Below are positions 10,132 to 20,243 of a DNA stretch of 64,000 nt, one piece after another; the first letter of the stretch is position 1; each line of letters opens with the position of its first letter. The position numbers and the translations under genes were made by a program. The DNA is taken from positions 51,993-115,992 of the forward strand of contig JAFSCD010000012.1 in NCBI GenBank assembly GCA_017436955.1, in the 5' to 3' direction. The notes under the pieces are model-generated. The model saw nothing but the letters and a program-made list of their open reading frames with translations, was not told where the DNA came from and made no database searches. Source of the stretch: Oscillospiraceae bacterium (GTDB lineage: Bacteria > Bacillota > Clostridia > Oscillospirales > Oscillospiraceae).

Positions 10132-11511
10132 ATGAACTATCTTGGCGTAAATTACAATTACAAGCACGTGCCCAAACTGGACCCCGAATTCATCCCCTTT
10201 GGTGTGTGGATGGATGCGTATCAGGAAGGCGCTACCGTTCCCGTAGCCATCGCTGTTGAGCGCAACGAGGGCTTCATCTCTGTGCGCAACGCGAAGATCC
10301 ACGGCACTGCCGAAATGGCAGCGGCGGATTACCGCTTTATCGAGCGCTATATGAAGTTCCTGCTGTGGTCCATCGGCGGCTTCCGTGTGTATATCTGCGG
10401 CTGCAGCGACATCGCAAAGAAGCTGCAGAAGGCTTACACCCCCGAAGGTGAGCGCGCGTTTGACTACGATTTCTTCCAGAAGCTGTATGAGCAGCCGCTG
10501 CAGATCTTGGATCTGCCTCTGGAGAAGTGCCCTGCCGCCAATGAAGCGCCCCGTCCCATCGGCGGTCACGTAAACGGCTGCCGCATCGGCTTTGATGCCG
10601 GCGGATCTGACCGCAAGGTGTCCGCTGTCATCGACGGCGAGGTGGTCTACTCCGAGGAGGTCGTCTGGCTGCCCAAGGTGAATCCCGATCCCAACTATCA
10701 GTATCAGGGCATTCTGGATTCCTTCCGCACCGCTGCTTCCAAGATGCCCCGTGTTGACGGCATCGGCGTTTCCTCTGCCGGCGTTTTCATCGGCAACGCG
10801 CCCATGATCTCCAGCATTTTCTACTGCGTTCCCAGAGAGCGCTGGGACGAGGTCAAGACTGTGTTTGACCGTGCCGCTGCCGAGATCGGTGATGTGCCCA
10901 TCGTTGTTGCCAACGACGGTGACGTTTCCGCTCTGGCCGGCGCTATGGGTATGGATTGCGGCTGCATTATGGGTCTGGCAATGGGTACCAGCGAGGCTGT
11001 CGGCTATGTGGACAAGGATAAAAATGTTCTGGGCTGGATCAGCGAGCTGGCATTTGCGCCCGTTGACCTGAACGAGAACGCCCTGGTGGACGAGTGGTCT
11101 ACCGACCTGGGTGTTGGCTGCAAGTATTTCAGCCAGGATGCGGTCATCAAGCTGGCGCCCAGAGCCGGCATCGAGATCGACCCCACCCTGACCCCCGCCC
11201 AGAAGCTGAAGGTGGTTCAGGCGCTGATGGAGCAGGATGATCCCCGTGCCCAGGCTGTGTTCCATGACATCGGTGTGTATCTGGCTTACGCCGTGCAGCA
11301 GTATGCCAAGTTCTATGACCTGAAGCGGATGATGGTGCTGGGTCGTGTTATGTCCGGCAAGGGCGGCGACACCATCCTGGCTACTTGTCAGAAGGTACTG
11401 GCTGACGAGTTCCCCGAGCTTGCCAAGCAGATCACCGTTATGCTGCCCGATGAGAACACCCGCCGTGTTGGTCAGTCTGTGGCGGCTGCCAGCCTGCCGG
11501 ATATCGGCTAA
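10132..11511 (+). CDS. ROK family protein with N-terminal extension (putative sugar kinase)
   Basis: IGFDAGGSDRK, VANDGDVSALAG, MGTSEAVG, SELAFAP ROK-like motifs. Confidence 0.75.
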   Translation: MNYLGVNYNYKHVPKLDPEFIPFGVWMDAYQEGATVPVAIAVERNEGFISVRNAKIHGTAEMAAADYRFIERYMKFLLWSIGGFRVYICGCSDIAKKLQKAYTPEGERAFDYDFFQKLYEQPLQILDLPLEKCPAANEAPRPIGGHVNGCRIGFDAGGSDRKVSAVIDGEVVYSEEVVWLPKVNPDPNYQYQGILDSFRTAASKMPRVDGIGVSSAGVFIGNAPMISSIFYCVPRERWDEVKTVFDRAAAEIGDVPIVVANDGDVSALAGAMGMDCGCIMGLAMGTSEAVGYVDKDKNVLGWISELAFAPVDLNENALVDEWSTDLGVGCKYFSQDAVIKLAPRAGIEIDPTLTPAQKLKVVQALMEQDDPRAQAVFHDIGVYLAYAVQQYAKFYDLKRMMVLGRVMSGKGGDTILATCQKVLADEFPELAKQITVMLPDENTRRVGQSVAAASLPDIG

Positions 11512-11525
11512 AAGGAGAGAAACCT

Positions 11526-12656
11526 ATGTTTTTCAAGAACGCGAGAATTTATTGCTCCGATTTCCATTTCCATATCGGCGCGTTTGAGGTAAAGGACGGC
11601 GTATTCGGTGAGATCCTGCCTCAGGAGGTCCCCGAAGATGCCATCGACCTCAATGGCGCTACCGTCATTCCCGGTCTGGTGGACGCCCACATCCACGGCG
11701 CTGCCGGTGCGGATTTTTCCGACGGTGATTACGAGGGCCTGAAGAAGATGGCTGCCAAGCTAGCTTCCTTCGGTGTTACCTCCTTTGCGCCCACCTCTAT
11801 GACTCTGCCTTACGAGACACTGGCGAAGGCTTTTGCCACCGCAAAGCAGTTTGTGGAGGAAGCGCCCGAGGGCTGCGCCCGGGTGCTGGGTATCCACATG
11901 GAGGGTCCTTATTTCTCCGAGAAGAAGAAGGGCGCACAGAACGGCGCTTACCTGAAAAAGCCGGACTTTGAAGGCTTCCGGAAGCTGTATGAAGGCTGTG
12001 GCGGTCTGGTGCGCATCGCGGATGTGGCGCCGGAGCTGGATGGCGCGGCAGAGTTTGTGGAAAAGGCAAGCAAGCTGTGTACCGTTTCCGTTGCCCATAC
12101 GGATTCTGACTACGACCACGCCAAGACCGCCTTCGGTCTGGGCGCTACCCACCTGACTCACACGTACAACGGTATGCCCGGCATCCACCACAGAAATCCC
12201 GGTGTGATCCCGGCGGCTGCCGAGAATCCCCACGTCCGTGCGGAGCTGATCTGCGACGGTCTGCACATCCATCCTGCGGCTGTACGGCTGGCATTCCAGA
12301 TCTTTGGCGGCGCGCGGATGGTGCTGATCTCCGATGCGCTGCGCTGCTGCGGTATGCCCGAGGGCGAGCTGGAGCTGGGCGGACAGATGGCTTACTTAAA
12401 GGGCGGCGTTGCCCGGCTGGCTGACGGCACCATCGCCGGTGCAGCCACCAATCTGTTTGACGGTATGCGCAACGCCATTCTCTTCGGCATCCCCGAGGAA
12501 GACGCGGTTCGCGCAGCCACCGCAAATCCGGCTGCCGCACTGGGCGCAACCGACCGTGTCGGCTCGATTGCCACCGGCAAGCAGGCAGACTTCATCATCT
12601 GCCGCGGCGACTACACCGGCAAGCGTGTATTCCTCGGCGGCAAGGAAATTCAGTAA
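11526..12656 (+). CDS. nagA: N-acetylglucosamine-6-phosphate deacetylase
   Basis: PGLVDAHIHG, GIHMEGPY, KGAQ, THTYNGM, ICDGLHIHP, TANPA. Confidence 0.93.
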   Translation: MFFKNARIYCSDFHFHIGAFEVKDGVFGEILPQEVPEDAIDLNGATVIPGLVDAHIHGAAGADFSDGDYEGLKKMAAKLASFGVTSFAPTSMTLPYETLAKAFATAKQFVEEAPEGCARVLGIHMEGPYFSEKKKGAQNGAYLKKPDFEGFRKLYEGCGGLVRIADVAPELDGAAEFVEKASKLCTVSVAHTDSDYDHAKTAFGLGATHLTHTYNGMPGIHHRNPGVIPAAAENPHVRAELICDGLHIHPAAVRLAFQIFGGARMVLISDALRCCGMPEGELELGGQMAYLKGGVARLADGTIAGAATNLFDGMRNAILFGIPEEDAVRAATANPAAALGATDRVGSIATGKQADFIICRGDYTGKRVFLGGKEIQ

Positions 12657-12661
12657 ATACA

Positions 12662-12692
12662 AACCCCCAGAATGTTTACCATTCTGGGGGTT
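12662..12692. terminator. Hairpin after nagA
   Basis: AACCCCCAGAATG-TTTAC-CATTCTGGGGGTT. Confidence 0.6.
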
Positions 12693-12702
12693 ACATTATG
12701 GA

Positions 12703-12816
12703 AGCCTCCCTTGTGCAAAGGGAGGTGGGCAGGCGTAAGCCTGCTCGGAGGGATTGTCAATCCCCCAGTCAAAAATCAAAGATTTTTGCCAGCCCCCTTT
12801 ACACAAGGGGGCCTTT
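12703..12816. repeat. Family A palindromic repeat
   Basis: GCCTCCCTTGTGCAAAGGGAGG...GGAGGGATTGTCAATCCCCCAGTC-AAAAATCAAAGATTTTT-...CCCCTTTACACAAGGGGGCCTTT; closely matches 7021-7125 with swapped internal hairpins. Confidence 0.85.
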
Positions 12817-12828
12817 GCAATGAATGCT

Positions 12829-13836
12829 TTATTTCCCAAAAGCTTGGGCGGCGTGCTGCAGCATTTGGCGGATGGGCAGATCATAGGGGCAGCGGGTCTC
12901 GCAGACGCCGCAGCCGATACAATCCGAGGCGGTTTTGGCAAAGCCGGCGTAGCGCATCTTTGCCCAATCCTCCAGACCGTAACGGGAAAGGTAGCCTTCC
13001 ATCAGGAATATGCCGCTGATGGGAATACCCACGGTGCAGGGCGCACAGTAATTGCAGCGCCGGCAGAATTGGGTGCCCAGGGTGTCGCGGATGGCTTGCA
13101 TTTTTGCCAGCTCTTCACCGGTTAATGGGGAAAGGTCGCTGACGGCGGCGATATTTTGCGCAAGCTCCGCTTCCTCCGCCATACCGGGGATCACAACGGA
13201 AACATCAGAATTTTGCATCACAAAACGCAGCGCAAGCGTAGCATCCTCAATGGCACCGCCGGCCAGGGGCTTCATACAGATAAAACCGATGCCCTTTTCC
13301 CTGCAGCGGCGGATCAGCGCTTCGCCCTGGGTCTCCACGATGTTGTAGGGGAACATAATGGTCTCCACCCAGCTTAGCTCCAGCGCCTTTTCAAAGACCT
13401 CCACCGTATGCGCCGTGATGCCGATATGCCCGATCCTGCCGGCTTCCTTCGCCGCAAGCAGCGCTTCCAGCGCGCCGCCGGCAGCGCAGACCTTTTCCAG
13501 ATCCGCCAGCCCCGGATTATGCACCTGATACAGGTCGATATAGTCGGTGCGCAGATTTTTCAGGCTGATGTCGATATCCCGTGCCATAGCCGCCCGATCC
13601 CGGGACATACTTTTGGTGGCAAGCACAAAATGCTGCCGGATGCCCTCCAGACTGAAGCCAAGATATTCCTCGCTGACGGTATAGCCACGGGCGGTGTCGA
13701 TGTAGTTGATACCTTCGTCCAAAAGGGATCGCATCAGCTTTTTCGTGCCTTCGGCGTCAATTCTCTGAATGGGAATACCGCCGAAGCCCATCCGGGAGAT
13801 CTTCAACCCGGTTTTGCCCAAAACGGTGTATTGCAT
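12829..13836 (-). CDS. Aldo/keto reductase with C-terminal 4Fe-4S dicluster domain
   Basis: LGKTGLKISRMGFGGIP, DTARGY, DLYQVHN; CRRCNYCAPC and CIGCGVCETRCP. Confidence 0.9.
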   Translation of the reverse strand: MQYTVLGKTGLKISRMGFGGIPIQRIDAEGTKKLMRSLLDEGINYIDTARGYTVSEEYLGFSLEGIRQHFVLATKSMSRDRAAMARDIDISLKNLRTDYIDLYQVHNPGLADLEKVCAAGGALEALLAAKEAGRIGHIGITAHTVEVFEKALELSWVETIMFPYNIVETQGEALIRRCREKGIGFICMKPLAGGAIEDATLALRFVMQNSDVSVVIPGMAEEAELAQNIAAVSDLSPLTGEELAKMQAIRDTLGTQFCRRCNYCAPCTVGIPISGIFLMEGYLSRYGLEDWAKMRYAGFAKTASDCIGCGVCETRCPYDLPIRQMLQHAAQAFGK

Positions 13837-13899
13837 ACATATTCCTCCCCTTGCGCTTTTGCCTGCATTATAGCATAGATAGGAAAAAACCTCAACAGA

Positions 13900-13930
13900 A
13901 AAAGACCCGGTAGAGCGATCTACCGGGTCA
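13900..13930. terminator. Intrinsic terminator after metY
   Basis: AAAAAGACCCGGTAG-AGCGAT-CTACCGGGTC; poly-T tail on the minus strand. Confidence 0.7.
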
Positions 13931-13937
13931 ATTTGAT

Positions 13938-15224
13938 TTATACCTTTGCGATGGCCTGTTCCAGATCGGCGATGAGATCCTCGGCGTTTTCCAGACCGCA
14001 GCTGAAGCGGATCAGGTCGGCGCCGACACCGGCGGCATCCAGCTCGGCATCGGTCATCTGCCGATGGGTAGCGGAAGCGGGATGCAGGCAGCAGGTGCGG
14101 GAATCGGCAACGTGGGTCTCGATAGAGCCCAGCTGCAGATGCTTCATAAAGGTCTCCGCAGCCTTTCTGCCACCCTTCAGACCGAAGGAAACAACGCCGC
14201 AGGAGCCATTCGGCAGATATTTCTGCGCCAATGCATAGTGCTTATCGCCTTTAAGACCGCAGTACTTGACCCAGGCAACCTTTTCGTTGCTCTGCAGATA
14301 CTCCGCAACGGCCTGGGCGTTGGCACAATGCTGCCGCATTCTCAAGGGCAGGCTTTCCAGACCCAAATTCAGGTAGTAAGCGCTCTGGGGAGACTGGACG
14401 GAGCCCAGGTCACGCATCAGCTGGGCGGTGCATTTGGTGATAAATGCGCCCTCCAGACCGAAACGCTCGGTGTAGGTGACACCGTGATAGCTGTCATCGG
14501 GAGTGCAAAGACCGGGGAATTTGTCGGGATACTTGGTCCAGTCAAACTTGCCGCTGTCTACGATACAGCCGCCGACGGCGCTGCCGTGACCGTCCATATA
14601 CTTGGTGGTGGAGTGGGTGACAATGTCAGCACCCCACTCAAAGGGACGGCAGTTGATGGGGGTGGCAAAGGTGTTGTCCACAACCAGGGGAACGCCGTGG
14701 GCGTGGGCAGCCTTGGCAAATTTCTCGATGTCCAGCACCGTCAGGGCAGGGTTGGCGATGGTCTCGCCGAAAACAGCCTTGGTGTTGGGCTTGAAGGCGG
14801 CATTCAGCTCTTCCTCGGTACAATCGGGATCCACGAAGGTGGTCTCGATGCCCATCCGCTTCATGGTCACAGCCAGCAGATTATAGCTGCCGCCGTAGAT
14901 GGCAGAGCTGGAAACGATATGATCGCCGCAGGAGGCGATATTGAACAGGGTAAAGAAGGTGGCAGCCTGACCGGAACCGGTGAGCATAGCGGCAGTACCG
15001 CCCTCAAGGGCTGCGATCCGTGCAGCTACGGCGTCGCAGGTGGGGTTTGCCAGACGGGAATAGAAATAACCGGAAGCCTCCAGGTCGAACAGCTTGCCCA
15101 TATCCTCGGAGGTGGCGTATTTGAATGTGGTGCTCTGGTAAATGGGGATCTGGCGCGGCTCGCCGTTTTTGGGGCTGTAGCCTGCCTGGATGCAAAGGGT
15201 CTCAAGATGCAGTTTCTTGTCCAT
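13938..15224 (-). CDS. metY: O-acetylhomoserine aminocarboxypropyltransferase / sulfhydrylase
   Basis: PIYQSTTF, YSRLANPT, VDNTFATP, HSTTKYMDGHG (PLP lysine), HPASATHRQM, IRFSCGLE. Confidence 0.88.
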   Translation of the reverse strand: MDKKLHLETLCIQAGYSPKNGEPRQIPIYQSTTFKYATSEDMGKLFDLEASGYFYSRLANPTCDAVAARIAALEGGTAAMLTGSGQAATFFTLFNIASCGDHIVSSSAIYGGSYNLLAVTMKRMGIETTFVDPDCTEEELNAAFKPNTKAVFGETIANPALTVLDIEKFAKAAHAHGVPLVVDNTFATPINCRPFEWGADIVTHSTTKYMDGHGSAVGGCIVDSGKFDWTKYPDKFPGLCTPDDSYHGVTYTERFGLEGAFITKCTAQLMRDLGSVQSPQSAYYLNLGLESLPLRMRQHCANAQAVAEYLQSNEKVAWVKYCGLKGDKHYALAQKYLPNGSCGVVSFGLKGGRKAAETFMKHLQLGSIETHVADSRTCCLHPASATHRQMTDAELDAAGVGADLIRFSCGLENAEDLIADLEQAIAKV

Positions 15225-15278
15225 GGGGATCACCTCAAATGTAGAATAGCAATATTGTAAGCCCTGAGGCGGAATTTG

Positions 15279-16850
15279 TCAATTCATTTCCGCCGCGGCT
15301 TTTTGCGCTGCCAATGCGGCCTTATAGCGCACCATATAGCTGTCGAAGCCGGCAACACCTGCAGGATCGGGATTCAGGCAGCTGCCCTTGGCATCGGCAA
15401 ATACCTTGGCTTGCAGATAATCCTCCAGCGCCTCGCCGTTTTCGTGCCGCCGCATATAGGCGGCCAGCAGTGCCATACCCCAGGGACCGCCTTCGCCGGC
15501 AGTTTCCATCGTGGTGATGGGCACATTCAGCGCATCAGCAAGGATCTGCTGACCCACACCGGGAGTCTTGAAGAAGCCGCCGTGACCCATCAGACGGTCG
15601 GTTTCCACCTGCTCCTTTTCAGCCAGCATATCCATACCCAGCTTCAGCGTGGCGATGGCGCCGTAGAGCTGGCTGCGCATAAAGTTTGCGATGTTCATTT
15701 TACTCTCCGGCAGACGCACCACCATGGGGCGACCGGTTTCGGTGCCGGACAAGGGCTCGCCGGCAAAGTAATTGAAGGAAATAATACCGTCGCAATCGGG
15801 CGCGCCCTCCAGCGCTTTGTGGAACAAATTGGTGTAGAGGGTGTTCATATCCACCTGCCAGCCCATAGACTGCGCGCAATCGGCGATCAGCTTCACCCAG
15901 GCATCGATCTCCGAGGTGCAGGTGTTGGTGTGCGCCATTGCCACGGTCTTGCCGGCAGGGGTGCAGACTACGTCGATTTCGGGATAGTAGCCCTTCAGGG
16001 GCTTATCCAGCACCAGCAGGGAGAAGGAGGAGGTGCCGGCGCTGACGCTGCCGGTACGGGGTGCAACGGCGTTGGTCGCCACCATACCGGTGCCGGCGTC
16101 GCCTTCCGGCGGACACATGGGGATGCCGGACTCCAGAGTGCCGGTTTCGTCCAGAAGAGCCGCGCCGGAAGCAGTCAGGCAGCCTGCCTGGGTGTCGCAC
16201 TGGACGATCTGCGGCATAATGTCCAGCAGTGTCCAGGGAAGCGCTTTCTCTTTGATCAATTCGTTAAACTGTGCCACACGGATGGGGTCGAAGGACTTGC
16301 TTTCTTCATCGTAGGGGAACATACCGGAGGCTTCGCCTACGCCGGTGACCCACTGACCGGTAAGCAGATGGTGGATATAGCCACTCAAAGTAGTCAGCTT
16401 GTGGATATGGGGCAGATGCGCCTCATTATTGAGGATCGCCTGGTACAGATGCGCGATGCTCCAGCGCTGGGGAATATTGAACTTGAAAAGCTCCGCCAGC
16501 TCCTGGGCGGCCTGGGCGGTGATGGTATTGCGCCAGGTGCGGAAGGGGGCAAGCTGCCTGCCATCCTTATCCAGAACCAGATAGCCGTGCATCATTCCGG
16601 AAATGCCGATGGCGGCAACACGGTGCAGCTTTTGACCGTATTTTGCCTCCACCTGGTTGCGCAGCTCGCTGTAGCAGGCACGCACGCCGGCAACAGCCGC
16701 TTCCAGCGGATAGACCCAAACGCCGTTTTCCAAACTGTTCTGCCAGGAGTAGGCGCCGGATGCCAGAACCTCGTGATTTTCGTCGATCAAAACGGCTTTG
16801 ATCCGGGTGGAGCCCAGCTCAATGCCGATGACAGCAGATTCTAAATTCAT
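15279..16850 (-). CDS. FGGY-family pentulose kinase (xylulo-/ribulokinase-like)
   Basis: IGIELGSTRIKAVL, ISGMMHGY, PFRTWRN, PEGDAGTGM, GEGGPWGMA. Confidence 0.85.
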   Translation of the reverse strand: MNLESAVIGIELGSTRIKAVLIDENHEVLASGAYSWQNSLENGVWVYPLEAAVAGVRACYSELRNQVEAKYGQKLHRVAAIGISGMMHGYLVLDKDGRQLAPFRTWRNTITAQAAQELAELFKFNIPQRWSIAHLYQAILNNEAHLPHIHKLTTLSGYIHHLLTGQWVTGVGEASGMFPYDEESKSFDPIRVAQFNELIKEKALPWTLLDIMPQIVQCDTQAGCLTASGAALLDETGTLESGIPMCPPEGDAGTGMVATNAVAPRTGSVSAGTSSFSLLVLDKPLKGYYPEIDVVCTPAGKTVAMAHTNTCTSEIDAWVKLIADCAQSMGWQVDMNTLYTNLFHKALEGAPDCDGIISFNYFAGEPLSGTETGRPMVVRLPESKMNIANFMRSQLYGAIATLKLGMDMLAEKEQVETDRLMGHGGFFKTPGVGQQILADALNVPITTMETAGEGGPWGMALLAAYMRRHENGEALEDYLQAKVFADAKGSCLNPDPAGVAGFDSYMVRYKAALAAQKAAAEMN

Positions 16851-16907
16851 AAGCTATCTCCTTAAAAATTATGCGCCGATGGGAACACCGGCGCATAATA
16901 AACGTCT

Positions 16908-18167
16908 TTAGATCTTCTTTGCGTTGGCCAGCAGGTACTTTTCTGCTTCGGGGTTCCACAGACCGTTATTTGCCTTGCACAAACGGTCCAGCTCTGCGAA
17001 CATAGGATCGGTCTTGCCCTTTTCCTCAAACTCGGTGATCGCGGTCAGGGGCAGATCAATGTGGTTGTAGATCAGCTTCTTGCCGCCGGGGATGCTGGGC
17101 AGGTTCAGAGTGGTGTCCACAACAGCGTTCAGACCGCCGATATGGGTAACCAGACCGGAGGGATTCAGCTTGCCGGCGTTCATCATAGCGATGGCTTCCT
17201 GCATATCGTTGGTGTTGCCGCCGGAGGTGCCAACCACGTGGGTGTACAGATAGTGGACGTTGTACCAGTTGAAGGGAGCCTTGAACTTGGAGTCGGTGGG
17301 ACCGGCAAAGAAGTTCAGGCAGCCGTCAAAGCCCAGAATGTCGTCAGCCTGCTCGATAACGGGCTTGACGGGAGCGAAGCAGACCACATCGTCGTAGCCG
17401 GTGCCGCCGGTGAGGCTGCGCAGGTACTCGGTGGCGTTCTCCATACGGGTGTTGACGTAGTGCAGCTCGATGCCGTTCTTGGCAGCCTCTTCCACGGTGT
17501 AGATGGAAGCGGCGCGCTCCAGACGAGCCTCGTCAATATCGGTGATGACCAGCAGGCTGGGACGGCGATCGCAGTGGATAGCGTAGTCGATCGCTGCCAG
17601 ACCCATAGGACCGACAGATGCCAGCAGAGCCATCTTGCCGCCTTCCTTAATGCCCATCTCGTGGACGTAGGAGCCGGCCTTGGTGTGGTACATTGCGTGG
17701 AAGGTGCCGATAACGCAGCTCAAGGGCTCAGCCAGGGAGCCGTAGTAGTAGGTATCGGAATCGTAGGGCAGCAGGCAGTTCATCAGCAGGGTGGGCAGCG
17801 GAACGTTGCCGTACTGGGAGTTGCCGCCGCAGAACTGATAGGAGTAGCCGGGTGCTTCCTGGGAGCCCTGATAGTAGTGGGCAGGCTGGATGACGAACTT
17901 GTCACCCACCTTGTACTTGTGCTTCCAGTTTTCGCCGACTTCGATAATGTCGCCGCAGAACTCGTGACCGACGATGGTGGGATGCTCGGCGCAATCGTTG
18001 GGAACGCGCTTGTGATCCCCGCCCTCCAGCGCTGCCTTGTAGCTGGACATGCACAGACTGTCGGAAACAACGCGGATGCGGACGTCATCAGGACCGATCT
18101 CGGGAAGGGTGATCTCTTCCAGGCGCAGATCGTTCTTGCCGTGGATTCTTACTGCTTTTGTATTCAT
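16908..18167 (-). CDS. Zinc-binding MDR dehydrogenase, L-sorbose-1-phosphate reductase (SorE)-like
   Basis: SDSLCMSSYKA, GHEFCG, LAEPLSC, GTSGGN, THIGGL, PGGKKLIY pattern of the SorE/YggP subfamily. Confidence 0.8.
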   Translation of the reverse strand: MNTKAVRIHGKNDLRLEEITLPEIGPDDVRIRVVSDSLCMSSYKAALEGGDHKRVPNDCAEHPTIVGHEFCGDIIEVGENWKHKYKVGDKFVIQPAHYYQGSQEAPGYSYQFCGGNSQYGNVPLPTLLMNCLLPYDSDTYYYGSLAEPLSCVIGTFHAMYHTKAGSYVHEMGIKEGGKMALLASVGPMGLAAIDYAIHCDRRPSLLVITDIDEARLERAASIYTVEEAAKNGIELHYVNTRMENATEYLRSLTGGTGYDDVVCFAPVKPVIEQADDILGFDGCLNFFAGPTDSKFKAPFNWYNVHYLYTHVVGTSGGNTNDMQEAIAMMNAGKLNPSGLVTHIGGLNAVVDTTLNLPSIPGGKKLIYNHIDLPLTAITEFEEKGKTDPMFAELDRLCKANNGLWNPEAEKYLLANAKKI

Positions 18168-18183
18168 AAAAACATTCCTCCTG

Positions 18184-19338
18184 TTATTTGTTTTCGTGTT
18201 CAATGAGTTTCCAGGTCGCGTCGATCAGGTTCTGGAACATGGGGTTTTCCATAGCCTTGATCACGAAGCTCTGCCGGGGAGAGTTGATATCCTCACCGGA
18301 GATCTGGAACATACCGTACTGATCGCACAGACCTCTCAGGCGCTCCAGCTGTGCCGGGGTGTTGCGGGTGGGCATATAGGTAACGGCCTTGACGCCCTCT
18401 TCCTTCAGACATTCAAAAACATCGTCCAGATAATCGTCCTCAAACTTCTGTGCCTTCTTGTCGCCGGTGACACTGTCGCCCACGTCGCCCAGATAGGCGT
18501 AGCACAGATAGGCGTCCACGTCAGCGCACAGCTTCACCATATCGGGCAGCTTGGGACATTCGTCGGTGGCATCAATGAAGATCTGGGGCACGAACGCGCC
18601 CTTCAGGATACCCAGCAGGTCATACTCGTAGAAGGGATATGCGGTGTCCAGCATCTGGGCTTCCTGCTTGGCGGAAAGGGTCAGGCCCATATCGCCCAGC
18701 TTCTTTACCATCGCTTCACCCTTGCCCACCTGTGCTACCAGCTTCTTGGCCAGGGCGTACATCAGGTGCCGCTCGGTGACGCCGCCGTTGTCGGCTGCCT
18801 CGGAAAGGGGCAGAACATCCCGGTCGTAGTCCAGCTCGATACCGGGCAGCAGCGCGTTGATCTTTTCGATCATCTGGCGGTTGCGCAGATGACGGGCTGC
18901 CTGATAGGGACGGAAGAACTCGGTCAGGGTTGCGATCTTGTCGTGGGGAACGGACTGGATGGTCATATAGCTGACGCCGACCTGATCGGGGTTGTTGGTG
19001 CGGCGACCTTCCAGCCGGGTGCCGTCCATGGATACACGGCATTCCATACCGATGGTAACGGGGATGCCGATCATCCTGGCAGCTTCCAGAAACTCCTCGG
19101 CGCCGGAAATGGAATCGTGGTCGATAATACCGGCGGTGCAAAGACCCTCCATACGGGCTGCGTAAACAGCGGCGGTAGGGGAGTAGGGGGAGAAGGAGTA
19201 GGTGGTGTGGATGTGGTTATTGATGTACTGGGGTACGGCTTCGGGGAAAGTGGTGGTTTTCAGCACCTCCGCCAGATTGGCAAGGCGCTGAGCCTTGGCA
19301 GGCGCGTTGAGCTTTTCTAAAATCGCAATATCGATCAT
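18184..19338 (-). CDS. PHP-domain metallo-phosphoesterase
   Basis: NNHIHTTYS, IIDHDSISG, GMECR and SGED PHP metal-binding motifs. Confidence 0.75.
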   Translation of the reverse strand: MIDIAILEKLNAPAKAQRLANLAEVLKTTTFPEAVPQYINNHIHTTYSFSPYSPTAAVYAARMEGLCTAGIIDHDSISGAEEFLEAARMIGIPVTIGMECRVSMDGTRLEGRRTNNPDQVGVSYMTIQSVPHDKIATLTEFFRPYQAARHLRNRQMIEKINALLPGIELDYDRDVLPLSEAADNGGVTERHLMYALAKKLVAQVGKGEAMVKKLGDMGLTLSAKQEAQMLDTAYPFYEYDLLGILKGAFVPQIFIDATDECPKLPDMVKLCADVDAYLCYAYLGDVGDSVTGDKKAQKFEDDYLDDVFECLKEEGVKAVTYMPTRNTPAQLERLRGLCDQYGMFQISGEDINSPRQSFVIKAMENPMFQNLIDATWKLIEHENK

Positions 19339-19349
19339 ATTGATTTACC

Positions 19350-20228
19350 TCAGCTGAGCATGATCTGACCGCCGGTGACGGGGATCGCCTGACCGGTCTC
19401 GTACTTCTGCTCGCAGCAGTACATAACGGCACGGGCAACGTCAATGGGCAGGCAGCCACGGTTCATGGGAACCAGGGACTCGTAGTAGCGGCGGACGTCT
19501 GCAACGGTCTTGGCACCGGGCACCTTGCCGGCTGCCAGATACTGCACGAACAGACCTCTTTCGGGGTCGCTCCACAGCGGACCGTCCAGATAGTTACCGG
19601 GGCAAACGGCGTTGACTTTGATGTTGTATACGCACAGTTCCTTTGCCCAGCTCTGCACCAGACCGATGCCGCCGAACTTGGAGCCTGCATAGGCGAAGTT
19701 CTTGTTGGAGCCTTCCAGACCGGACTTGGAGGAGATGGTCACGATGTCAAAGGTAGCTTCGGGGTCAGCCGCGTGCTGTGCTTCCATAATGATGGCAGCG
19801 TACTTGCAGGTCAGGAACAGACCGGTGTAGTTGATAGCGGTGACGAACTCAAAGTCCTTCTTCTCAAATTCAGCGATGGGGCCGCTGCGGACAACGCCGG
19901 CGTTTGCCACCATCAGATCCAGACCGCCGAACTTTTCAACGGTCTGCGCTACCAGATTGGCAACGCTCTCTTCGTCGGAAACATTGACGGGGATGGCGCA
20001 GGCACGCTCGCCCATTTCGGCAGCCACCTGCTCGGCCAGAGGCTGATTCATATCAGCGATGACGATGGTAGCGCCCTCTTTGTACAGCTCTTCCGCAATG
20101 CCCTTGCCGAAGCCCTGTGCAGCGCCGGTGACGATGGTGATCTTACCGGCCAGACGACCGGTGCCGGTGGGACGGTTGTGAATGTTCTGCTTGGCAAGCT
20201 CCTGCCACTTTGTCATATCTACGCTCAT
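19350..20228 (-). CDS. SDR oxidoreductase, sorbitol-6-phosphate 2-dehydrogenase (SrlD)-like
   Basis: TGAAQGFG, ANAG, SKSG...NFAYAGSKFGGIGL (YxxxK), TGQAIPVTGGQ. Confidence 0.8.
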   Translation of the reverse strand: MSVDMTKWQELAKQNIHNRPTGTGRLAGKITIVTGAAQGFGKGIAEELYKEGATIVIADMNQPLAEQVAAEMGERACAIPVNVSDEESVANLVAQTVEKFGGLDLMVANAGVVRSGPIAEFEKKDFEFVTAINYTGLFLTCKYAAIIMEAQHAADPEATFDIVTISSKSGLEGSNKNFAYAGSKFGGIGLVQSWAKELCVYNIKVNAVCPGNYLDGPLWSDPERGLFVQYLAAGKVPGAKTVADVRRYYESLVPMNRGCLPIDVARAVMYCCEQKYETGQAIPVTGGQIMLS

Positions 20229-20243
20229 AATGATCTCTCCTTA

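Noticed and set aside
12672-13125. Short ORFs spanning palindromic repeats (also at 5019-5240, 21710-22076, 30357-30716, 63599-63862)
   Set aside because: Translations such as PPLCKGRW and QKSKIF are read-throughs of the repeat family, not genes.
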